The translations under genes were made by a program, and so were the position numbers. Shown in pieces: positions 8,421 through 18,200 of a stretch of DNA of 27,139 nt; positions within the stretch are counted from its first letter, which is position 1, and the number at the start of each line of letters is the position of its first letter. The DNA is from Betaproteobacteria bacterium (lineage in GTDB: Bacteria; Pseudomonadota; Gammaproteobacteria; Burkholderiales; Usitatibacteraceae). The stretch spans positions 1 through 27,139 of the forward strand of contig JBDTPE010000001.1 of assembly GCA_039932875.1 (NCBI GenBank), read 5' to 3'. The notes under the pieces are model-generated. The model had not been told where the DNA came from. It ran no database searches and saw nothing but the letters and a program-made list of their open reading frames with translations.

Positions 8421-10160
8421 GTGAGCTTCACGTTGCACGGTCTGGGCGTCAGTGGTGGCATTGCCATCGGCCATGCACATTTGCTGACCAGCGCCTCTCT
8501 CGAGGTCGATCACTACTCGATCCCGGACGAATTTATCGGGCGCGAGGTCAAACGCTTCGACAAGGGTATCAAACAGGTGCGCGCTGAACTCGACGCACTC
8601 GAGCGCGATCTGCAGACCACCCAGCGTGGCGATGCAACCAGCGACATGGCCGCCTTTGTGACGGTGCATCGCATGATTCTTGACGACTCGACGTTTTCGG
8701 AAGCGCCGCGTGAAATCATCAAGCGCGAAGCCTGCAATGCGGAGTGGGCGCTTAAGCTGCAGCTCGATGAGTTGCTCGCGCACTTCGCGGAAGTTCAGGA
8801 CGAGTATTTGCGCGAACGTAAAACCGATGTCCGCCAGGTGGCCGAGCGGGTGGTGGCGGCGCTGACCGGGCAAGGCGGGGTGGTGCCGGAGAAATTGCGT
8901 GCGCGAAACGAAGACACCATTCTGGTCGCACGCGACCTTTCCCCCGCCGATGTAATCTTGTTCAAGGACCACCATGTCGCCGCGTTTGTGACGGACCTCG
9001 GCGGCCAAACCTCGCACACCGCCATTCTCGCCCGCAGTATGGCGATCCCCGCCATCGTCGCGCTGCATACTTCGCGCGAGCTGGTGCGCGAGGACGAGAT
9101 GATCATCATCGATGGCACCCAAGGTGTGTTGATCGTCGAGCCGGACGAAACGGTGCTTGCCGAATACCGTTTGAAGCAGAGGCAATGGAAGCTCGAACGC
9201 CAGAAGCTGGCGCGGATCAAGACGGCATCGGCCGACACGCTCGACGGCACCCATGTGGAGCTGCACGCCAACATTGAACTGCCCGGCGATCTGGAAGCCG
9301 TTAAGGCGTCAGGCGCCTCGGGCGTCGGCCTGTTCCGTAGTGAATTCCTGTTCATGAACCGCAGGGATCTGCCCACGGAGGAAGAGCAGTTTGAAGCGTA
9401 CAAGCACGTAGCCGAAGGCATGAAGGGCAAGCCGGTGGTGATTCGTACCCTCGATATCGGTGCGGATAAATCATTCGGTGGCCCCGATCAGGGGTCGTCG
9501 CATTCTGCCCTGGGTCTGCGCGCTATTCGCTATTGTCTTGCCGAGCCACTCATCTTCAATACCCAGTTGCGCGCCATTTTGCGGGCCTCAAAATTCGGCG
9601 ATGTCCGCATACTGATTCCCATGCTGGTTTCGGCCACTGAGATCACCCAGACCTTTGCCGCTATCACACGCGCCAAGGAGCAACTGAAGCTGGAGAACAA
9701 GAAGTTCAACGATAACATCCTGGTCGGCGGCATGATCGAAATCCCGGCTGCTGCCATCGCCTTGCCGATGTTTTTGAAGCACCTCGACTTTATCTCCATC
9801 GGCACCAACGATCTGATCCAGTACACACTTGCGATTGACCGCACTGACGATACCGTTGCGCATCTGTATGACCCGCTGCATCCGGCGGTACTGATGTTGA
9901 TTTCCAGTGTTATCCGGCAGGCCAATGACGCCGACGTTCCCGTGACTGTATGTGGTGAAATGGCCGGCGACGTGCAAATGACGCGGTTGCTGCTGGGCTT
10001 TGGGCTGCGCTATTTTTCGATGCATCCAGCCAATCTGCTATTGGTAAAGCAACGTGTGCTGATGTCCAACCTGCCTGATATTCTGCCGATTGCCACACGC
10101 ATACTCAAAGCCGACGATCCGGAAAAACTGCGGTCGCTGGTCGCAAAATTGAACGTTTGA
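8421..10160 (+). CDS. ptsI: Phosphoenolpyruvate-protein phosphotransferase (PTS Enzyme I)
   Basis: GGQTSHTAILAR (phospho-His), GVGLFRSEFLF, IRTLDIGADK, LGLRAIR, MIEIP, SIGTNDLIQY, VCGEMAGD. No N-terminal GAF domain, so it is not PtsP. GTG start with GAGGTG RBS at 8411-8416. Confidence 0.97.
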   Translation: MSFTLHGLGVSGGIAIGHAHLLTSASLEVDHYSIPDEFIGREVKRFDKGIKQVRAELDALERDLQTTQRGDATSDMAAFVTVHRMILDDSTFSEAPREIIKREACNAEWALKLQLDELLAHFAEVQDEYLRERKTDVRQVAERVVAALTGQGGVVPEKLRARNEDTILVARDLSPADVILFKDHHVAAFVTDLGGQTSHTAILARSMAIPAIVALHTSRELVREDEMIIIDGTQGVLIVEPDETVLAEYRLKQRQWKLERQKLARIKTASADTLDGTHVELHANIELPGDLEAVKASGASGVGLFRSEFLFMNRRDLPTEEEQFEAYKHVAEGMKGKPVVIRTLDIGADKSFGGPDQGSSHSALGLRAIRYCLAEPLIFNTQLRAILRASKFGDVRILIPMLVSATEITQTFAAITRAKEQLKLENKKFNDNILVGGMIEIPAAAIALPMFLKHLDFISIGTNDLIQYTLAIDRTDDTVAHLYDPLHPAVLMLISSVIRQANDADVPVTVCGEMAGDVQMTRLLLGFGLRYFSMHPANLLLVKQRVLMSNLPDILPIATRILKADDPEKLRSLVAKLNV

Positions 10161-10204
10161 ACGGGATCCAGCGTCTCAGTTTCCATTGGTTGCCGGGTCG
10201 TCGT

Positions 10205-10247
10205 TGTGCCGTTTGTCACAGCAATTTCGCATCGATTGACCTACCCT
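10205..10247 (+). promoter_or_regulatory. Candidate CRP-family operator TGTGC-N6-TCACA (10205-10220) with -10 TACCCT (10242-10247)
   Basis: 9/10 match to TGTGA-N6-TCACA. If TACCCT is the -10, the site centre falls at -41.5. A chance match cannot be excluded. Confidence 0.45.
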
Positions 10248-10270
10248 GACCGGTCACCACAGGGGGCCAC

Positions 10271-10636
10271 ATGCTTAACGAAATCAAAGATGTCACGCAA
10301 TACGAAAGCGGCAAACATCGCCGCTGGTTTCACGACGATTATTTTGACCTTTATACTTGGGAAGCCACCGATGGCACGCTACAAGGTTTTCAGCTTTGCT
10401 ATGCCAAGCTAGGCAAGGAGCGCGCGTTGCGCTGGTCTCCCGAGGCTGGATATTCGCATGAAGGGGTAGATGCGCCGGAGGACAAACCGGGGCGAGCCAT
10501 GAGCGCATTGTTCGTTGCTGACGGCGCGTTTGACGCCAATAATATCGGCACCATTTTTGAAAATGCCGCGCTGGAAATGCCGGACAAATTTCGCAGTTTT
10601 GTGCTCGACCGCATTCGAGCCTACGGTCAACTTTAG
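10271..10636 (+). CDS. Hypothetical cytoplasmic protein (121 aa)
   Basis: AGGGG RBS before the ATG; protein-like composition (RRWFHDDYFDLYTW, GFQLCY); fits the + strand gene run. No family recognised. Confidence 0.8.
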   Translation: MLNEIKDVTQYESGKHRRWFHDDYFDLYTWEATDGTLQGFQLCYAKLGKERALRWSPEAGYSHEGVDAPEDKPGRAMSALFVADGAFDANNIGTIFENAALEMPDKFRSFVLDRIRAYGQL

Positions 10637-10677
10637 TGGTTCCTTACGCCTTTTACTTACCTCACGTTAACTAACTC

Positions 10678-11214
10678 ATGATCCGATTTTCCGTGTCGCT
10701 GATCGCGGCTCTATTGTTGGCTGCCTGTTCGTCCATCCCGTTTCTGTCTGGTGAAATCAGCATGACTGCAGATGAGCTCACGCAGAAGATGGCGCGCCGT
10801 TTTCCCATTGAAAGAAGCGTCGGCGGCCTGCTGGACGTGACACTGTCGCGGCCACGCGTGGAAGCCAATCCGGCTGAACAGCGCATCACTGCCAGCTTCG
10901 AAGTGAACGTAAAGCCGGCGCTGAGCAATCGTAGCGTCACCGGGTCACTGAGAATTTCCGGCCGTCCGGAATACGTCGCGTCATCGCAGTCGCTTTTCCT
11001 GCGAGACGCAACAGTGGATCTTATTCGTATGGAAAACATGCCGGAAGCGTTTTCGGCGGCATTGGCAAAGGCAGCGACAAATTTTGCCAAAGACTCGGTG
11101 GAAGACAAGGCCCTGTACACGTTCAAGCCAGAAGACCTGAGCCGGTATGGCGCGCGCTATGAACCCGAGCGAATCGAGGTCAGGACAAATGCGATTGTAT
11201 TGAAGCTGAAGTAA
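10678..11214 (+). CDS. Lipoprotein, DUF1439/YceB-like
   Basis: Lipobox LAAC (Cys17) followed by Ser. Pattern ISMTADELTQKMARRFP...LSRPRV...ITASFEV...LRISGRPEYV...LFLRD resembles DUF1439. Confidence 0.8.
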   Translation: MIRFSVSLIAALLLAACSSIPFLSGEISMTADELTQKMARRFPIERSVGGLLDVTLSRPRVEANPAEQRITASFEVNVKPALSNRSVTGSLRISGRPEYVASSQSLFLRDATVDLIRMENMPEAFSAALAKAATNFAKDSVEDKALYTFKPEDLSRYGARYEPERIEVRTNAIVLKLK

Positions 11215-11236
11215 TCGGCGCCGCAGTTCGCGCCGC

Positions 11237-11242
11237 TATAAT
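11237..11242 (+). promoter_or_regulatory. Consensus -10 hexamer TATAAT upstream of uppP
   Basis: Perfect TATAAT in the 72-bp intergenic gap, 44 nt before the start. No matching -35 seen. Confidence 0.45.
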
Positions 11243-11286
11243 CGCTTCCGCCACGTTGGCGTCAAAATAACTAGCTTGGAATTATC

Positions 11287-12132
11287 TTGGATCCAATACT
11301 GCTGCTAAAGGCCGCCGTCCTCGGCGTCATCGAGGGGCTGACTGAATTCCTGCCCATCTCATCGACGGGGCATCTGATCCTCGCCAGCACCTGGCTGAAT
11401 TTCCCCAGCCATATCCGCTCAGTTTTCGAGATTGCCATTCAGCCCGGCGCAATATTGGCGGTCTGCTGGGAATACCGGGAGCGATTCATCGCTACTTTTT
11501 CAGGAATTGCCGACAACGCAGTGGCGCAACGCTTTACGTTGAATCTGGTCATTGCCACATCACCGGCCGTCGTGCTGGGACTACTATTTAAGAAACATAT
11601 CGAAGTGTATCTATTCAAACCTGTGCCCGTGGCAATGGCCTTCGTCATCGGTGGCGTCATCATTCTGTTTGCAGAGCGTTGGTACCGAAATCGTGTGCAA
11701 GCCAACGCGGCACAGCCGATCGATTCCGTCGACTTGATTTCGCCATTGTTGGCACTTAAGGTTGGACTGGCGCAATGCGCAGCGCTGATTCCCGGTACAT
11801 CGCGTTCCGGCTCGACGATCATCGGCGGCATGTTCTTCGGGCTATCGCGCAAGTGTGCGACTGAGTTCTCCTTCTTTCTCGCGGTGCCGCTATTGTTTGG
11901 CGCAACTATTTATTCGCTCTGGAAAGCGCGTGATGTCTTGTCGGCGACCGATTTGCCAGTATTCGGCATTGGTTTTGTCATGGCATTCATATCGGCATTC
12001 ATCGTGGTGCGCTGGTTGATACGTTATGTATCCTCGCACGACTTCACCATTTTTGCCTGGTACCGGATTGGTTTTGGACTACTGGTGCTCGCGCTGGCGG
12101 CGATGGGGGCCGTAGACTGGGCAACACACTAA
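11287..12132 (+). CDS. uppP: Undecaprenyl-diphosphate phosphatase UppP (BacA)
   Basis: [64 protein letters not shown] start. Confidence 0.97.
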   Translation: MDPILLLKAAVLGVIEGLTEFLPISSTGHLILASTWLNFPSHIRSVFEIAIQPGAILAVCWEYRERFIATFSGIADNAVAQRFTLNLVIATSPAVVLGLLFKKHIEVYLFKPVPVAMAFVIGGVIILFAERWYRNRVQANAAQPIDSVDLISPLLALKVGLAQCAALIPGTSRSGSTIIGGMFFGLSRKCATEFSFFLAVPLLFGATIYSLWKARDVLSATDLPVFGIGFVMAFISAFIVVRWLIRYVSSHDFTIFAWYRIGFGLLVLALAAMGAVDWATH

Positions 12133-12135
12133 TTT

Positions 12136-12238
12136 CTGGCGTTAAGATTCGAACAAACGCCAGCATCTGCGCGGCGCACAAGCCTAAAACCTCTTGAACG
12201 CCGCGCGAATATTGATTCCGCGATACCAAGTTATCGCG
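12136..12238. terminator. Three tandem GC-rich hairpins between convergent uppP and chpA; probable terminator or pause region
   Basis: CTGGCGTT/AACGCCAG (12136-12143/12156-12163), GCGCGGCG/CGCCGCGC (12169-12176/12199-12206), CGCGATA/TATCGCG (12219-12225/12232-12238). None has a clear U-tract, so terminator function is uncertain. Confidence 0.4.
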
Positions 12239-12260
12239 CTGGATTCAATCCAACCTGGCG

Positions 12261-15200
12261 CTATGCTGTCGCGCGTGCCTTGGTGAAGTTGCGGATCATC
12301 ACCAGCAACTGTTCTTCCTGATACGGTTTGCCCATGTACTCATTCACGCCCAGCTCCAAGGCGCGATTGCGGTGCTTCTCTGCCGTGCGCGAGGTGATCA
12401 TGATGATCGGGATACCCCTGGTTTTAGCGTCGGCCCGAACGTTACGGGCAAATTCGAAACCGTCCATGCGCGGCATTTCAATATCCAGCAGTATGATGTC
12501 TGGCTCGATATCCTGTAGCTGCTGAAGCCCATCCACACCGTCCTTTGCGGTGGCGACTTCAAAGCCCTCGCGCAGCAGCATGCGGCTGGTAATTTTTCGC
12601 ACCGTCAACGAGTCGTCGACCACCATTACCAGCGGCGCGGACCGGACCAGCAATGGTGTTGCTGACTCGCTGTCGCCAGCGGCAGGCGCGGCGGCTGCGA
12701 TGGCTTCGCCGAGTGACTGGCCCTTGGTGTCCTCTAGAACGTGTACTGCCGCCTGGTTGCTTGAAGCAAGCGTTTGTTCGTCGGACGTGAAACCGACCGG
12801 CATAGCCTGTGCTCTTTCGATACTGACGGTCGCTGTTTCGCGGAAATGCAATTGCACCGGGTTGATAATCAGGATGATCTGTCCGGAGCCGGTCACGGTC
12901 GCGCCGGCCACACCCATTAGACGCGCCAACTGCGGACCGATCGTTTTCACCACGATCTCGCGGTTACCGATGATCTGATCGACCTGTACGGCCGAACGCT
13001 GCTGACCGCTCTTTGCCAAAATAACCAGCGCTTTGCGCTGTGCAGAAACAGTAGGCTTGCCGCCAAGCAAAGCCGCCATTGATCGCAATGGATACTTGGT
13101 GCCTTTCCATTCGATCTCATTCATTGCCAGCAAAGGCTCGTAACGCTTGCCTTTGTATTCCTGGACCTGTTCAATCATGACAGACGGAATCGCGTACATA
13201 ACATCGCCAACTACCACCATGACAGCTTGGGTCACCGCTAGCGTCAGCGGCAGCGCGATCGTAAAAGTGGTTCCGCGGCCTTCGTTGGAGGCGATATCGA
13301 TGCGGCCACCGAGTGAGACGATCTCGTTTCGCACCACATCCATGCCAACGCCGCGCCCTGCCACCTGGGTGACTTCCTTGGCGGTCGAAAACCCGGCCAT
13401 GAAAATAAACTGCGTCAACTGGGCCTCGCTGACTTCGGCGTCGGCGGCCAGCAAACCTTGTTCGATCGCCTTTTCACGAATTCGCGCGAAATTCAGCCCA
13501 GCGCCGTCATCGCTCAGCGTGAGCACAACTTCGTTACCGACCTGCTGCGCATCGATGGTGATTTCGCCGATTTCGGACTTGCCTTTTGCGGCACGATCAG
13601 CCGGTAGTTCCAGGCCGTGCGCGACAGCATTGCGCAACAAATGCTCGAACGGCGGCGTGATTTTCTCCAGCACGGAGCGGTCGATCTCCACGCGGACACC
13701 CCGGAACTCGAGGTTGGCCTTTTTCTCAAGTTCTTTCGCCGTCTGACGTACAAGGCGATAAAAACGATCCTGCAAGTTGCCCAAAGGCACCAGACGAACG
13801 CTCATCAAGCCTTGTTGCAGATCGCGATTGAGACGCGACTGCTGGATCAGCGCAGCCTCGGCTTCGTCGAGATTTTTTTGCAAGGACACCTGTAGCGTCA
13901 CTACGTCATTCAGGCTCTCGGCCATGAAGCGCGTTAACTCCTGGGTGCGCGAAAAACGGTCAAACTCCAGTGGATCAAACGCCGCGCCATGTTCTTCAGC
14001 CTCTTTGATGCGCGACTGAATCTGGGTCTCGGACTGAATCTCGACCTCCCTCAACTGCGCCTTCATGCGCGCAATGTTTTCGTTCAGGTCAAGCAACGAC
14101 TGTTTGAACGTCAACATCTCTTGTTCGACGCGGGAACGCGCAATCGACAATTCGCCCGCCTCGTTGACGAACCGGTCGATAATGTCGGCATTGACGCGCA
14201 ACAGTGATTGGCGTTCGCGCCCTTTTGGCGCACTCTCATCGCGAACGGCCTGTGCGGCAGCTGCCATTACCGCGATGGTTGTCGGTTTGTCCTTTTGGTG
14301 CTCGAAGACATCGCTAACCGGAATTTCGATCACACTCGTCAACTCGCCGGCATTGAGTCGATCAAGCGCACCGGTAAAGCGGTCGAAATGTTCGTCGATG
14401 TCGTCAAACTTCACGGACGCTGGTTCCGCCTCGGCATCCATCGCGATCATCCTGGATTCGATGACGTGCGCCAACTCACCTAGACGCATTAGGCCAGCCA
14501 TCCGAGCGCTACCCTTGAGCGTGTGGAAATGCCGCGCCAACTCGATCACAGGAGCGTGATCTGCGGGCATTGCCCGCCAGGTTCGCAGGCCATCGCCAAC
14601 TTGCGGAACGATCTCTTTGGCCTCTTCAAGAAAGATGGGTAGCAGGTCCGCATCGATATCGTCTTCGATCCGGCGTTTCTCTTTTCCCGACTCAAACGCG
14701 GCTTCGACCGGATGCGTGACCACGGTCGTGGTGGCAGGTGCAGGTGCGGGAGAGGGAACAAACAACGGTGCGGTCGGCGCTGGCACAGCGACTTCGAACG
14801 GTGAATGTTCAACTTCGCTCGGCATTGTGGACGCCAATTCGGCGGCGACACCAATAGCTGCAACACCCGGCAGAGTAGCCGTTTCCGGTTCGGCAACAGC
14901 GTCGCCTTGGGCGAGGCCGTCTACTTCAACCGCTGGCTGCGGCACTTCAAAATCACGCACATGCTCAACCGGAGGCTCGACCGCAGCTTCGGCCGCGGGC
15001 GCGTCGAAAAAATCTGGTGCATCAAACGCAGATTCAGGAGCCGTTTCGATCATCGGTTCATCAGCAGCGATAACATCAACGGAAACTGGTGCAGCTTCCG
15101 CATTACGCTCAATCGCGGCGTCACCAACACTCTTTGTCGGCGCCGAAAACTCAAGTTCAGCGACCGGTTCGGCGACGGGTATAGGCGGCGGGGTCTCGGC

Positions 15201-18200
15201 AGGAAACGAAAAATCGGCAAACGGCGCGGCAGCGGGCACTTCAATCGCATCAATTTCTGCCAGCTGCGCGTTAGCTGACGTCGCGGGTGCCGACGGCTCG
15301 ATAGCACCGAAGTTGCCGAAATCGATCTCGTCTGCCAACACGATTTCTGGCACAGCTGTCGCATCCGGCAACTTAACAAACGAGCTCTCCGCTCGCTTGG
15401 CCAGTTTCAGCGCTTCGCGCAGTCCGATCAGCTCCTTCACGACATCTTCGCGCGGCGTCGGTAACTCGTGGGTGTGCAGTCCCATCACCATGCTGCTTAG
15501 CGCATCTACGGCTTGACGCATCACCCCCAAACGCTCGGCATCGAGCACGGGCGTAAATTCGATCGCGTCCTGCGACCACTTTTCCAGTCCTGCCGCAACT
15601 TCGGCGATCATGTCGAAGTTGGTCGTTCGCGAAGAGCTATTCAGGGTATGGGCAGCACGCATGAATTCGTGCGATACCGGGCGCTCAGGTTTGGCTTCAA
15701 GTGCCGCCATTTCGTTATCGAGAGTGGCGATGTGTTGCTCAGCCTCGCCCAGATAAATATTGAACAGCGCGTGCGGCACGATCACTGTCCCGACCACGAT
15801 ATCGCTTGTATCAGACGGCAATTCCTGCTCAAGTTCGAATGCTTCTGGCGTCGAGGCCAAGTCAGGCGCAAACGCCGGCTCTGGACTCTCGACCGCCTCC
15901 ACGGCCAATGGCGTTTCGTCGGTGGAGGCTATTTCCACCAGCGGCTCGGCATCCACCGGCGTGGCGGCGTCAACGGCGGCAAACTCGAACGGCGAAGTCT
16001 CAACAGTGGTCGCAGGAGGCAATTCAATGGACACCGATGGCGCCGGCGAGAGCGCAATTGGCGTTGCCACCGGTTCGGCTGGCGTTTCAGCTGAGGCCAC
16101 TTCGGGGATCGCAGCGACCGGCTCGGCCGCAAAGACAGGCTCTTGTCCGTTCTTGAGCATTTCGGCCATCCGCGCTATTGCGGACCCGTCGACCCGCGCG
16201 CCATTGGTGATCTTCAGCGCGCTTACCCACTCCGAAAACGCATGTAAAGTATGATCGACAAAGGCCAATAAGCTGGGCGATGCCGGTGTTTCGTCCTTCA
16301 GCCACTTATTGAAAACCTGTTCACAACTCCAGGCAACTTCTCCCAAATCCACCAAGCCCACCATGCGCCCGGAGCCTTTGAGCGTGTGGTAGCCACGTCG
16401 AATGGTTGTGAGCGCATCGTGGTCGTGCGGTTTGCCGCGAAGCACGCCCAGATTCTCGCTGATTGTGACGACCACTTCGCCAGCCTCTTCCAGAAAAATC
16501 TCCAGTAGCTCGGAATCGACTTCCGTTGCGGATGCATCGATGAGCTGAACGGTTTGCGCTGACGGTGCTTCGGTGGGCTTGTCTGGGGCGATTTCAGCGA
16601 TCGCTGTCATTACGCCGGTCTTGTTCGGGTCGAAGGTCTGATCGATCGCCTTCAACATTTCATCGCTTTGCCGCGCGGATTCGCCGTCTGCGATGAGTGT
16701 TGCGTCCTGCCTCAAATCCTTGACGGCCGCACGTAGCTGATCACGTGATGCGGTTTGTTCAGGCTGTTGTTTCCAATCCTCGTACAAGCCCTGCACTTTC
16801 TGCTTTGCCACATCCACATCCGCTTTGGATATGGGCGATTTGATTGCCGTGCGATCCGGATCCGCAGGTTTCTCGGCCAGACCGAAGCGGATCAACGCCG
16901 GCAACAAAACGTCGCGCGGCTGTGAGGTACCCTGCTGTAACGCCGCGATGTAGAGCCCGAGCGCAGATACGCCCTCTGCAACCGCCTCGGCATCATCGCC
17001 TACGATGGTAATCGCGCCAGACGCGAATTGCTCGACCTGCTTCCGCAGAAGGCTATTCAAATCGGCAGCTTCATTGAGCTCCAGAATCGTCAATGCGCCT
17101 TGGACTTGCGAAAACAACGGTGCCAAATTGCTAAGCTCAGTCGATTTGGTCGGATCGCGGAAAAAGGTATCCAGCGAACCTTCGATGGTGGCCAGATTTA
17201 CCTGAACCTCCTGACCAACCTGAAACATCAGCATTCGTTCCTGAGCGCGCTTGGACATATCGTCCATCAGCGCGGACGTACCCGCTCTGGCCGGGGGTAA
17301 CGCGCTGCCGGTCATTGCACCTTTCAATCTCTCAACGACATTCCTTGCCTGTGCACCGAAATCTGATGATTGCCGAAAATAGTTTTCCAGAGCGGACTCC
17401 AGAAACAGCAGCGCAGTCGCCATTTCGAGAGACAACGTTTCACTGACCGGCACTTGTGTTTTCCGCAAATGCTCGCCAACAGCGCCCAACGTCTCAACTA
17501 CAGTTGCCAGGTCTCTATTGGGCTGGCGCTTCGCGGCATTGAGAAACGGTGCGCTCTGGGTGACGAACTGCTCAAGCGAGGCGCGGTTTCCGCTGGCGAA
17601 TTTGAGCCAGCTTTCCTTCTGCTCCTGTACGTGATCACGTAGGCCGCGAATCACCGCCTTTAGCTGGTCATCTGCCCCAAGCGCGCCGTGCACGACCGGG
17701 ATGGCAAGCAATTCATCGAGGCGATAAAGTTCGCGAATCTTCCGCAAGCGTTCGGTATTTGCCTTTGATCGACCAATAACGAGCAGCAAATCACGAAACA
17801 ATTTTTCCGGGACCTTTTGCACACCATCAATCAGAAGCTTGATCTGTTGATCTATCTTCCCGAACAACTGTACGGCCATCGCACCAGCATCTCCGGGGTT
17901 GGTAGCAACGGCGTCAAAAAATCCGCTCGCGGCGTACCAGAACGACACGGTCGGGGAGGTGACTTGAAGCGCCTCAATAGCCAGGGTAGCATTGCGCATT
18001 TCGCGCGCGCCGCCAACCATATCCTTGTCGCGCAATAGTTTTAGCAGACCCGCCTGATACATTGCACGTCGCTGTTTGATGGCTTCTGCCAGCATTTCCG
18101 GCTTCGGCAGCGCGACGGTATTATCCGGCATGACCAACGTGAGCGAAAGGTCGGGCGAAAACAGGTCTGTCTCGGACGCGTCCGTTGCGCCGCGCGCCTT

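Noticed and set aside
8283-9266. 327-aa minus-strand ORF (also 8795..9430)
   Set aside because: Antisense shadows of ptsI, with no recognisable motifs. Long shadow ORFs are expected in GC-rich coding DNA.
14617-16254. Long Ser/Ala/Gly-rich + strand ORFs (14617..15516, 15760..16254 and others)
   Set aside because: They are the reverse complement of the low-complexity ChpA linkers, and their composition is explained by that.
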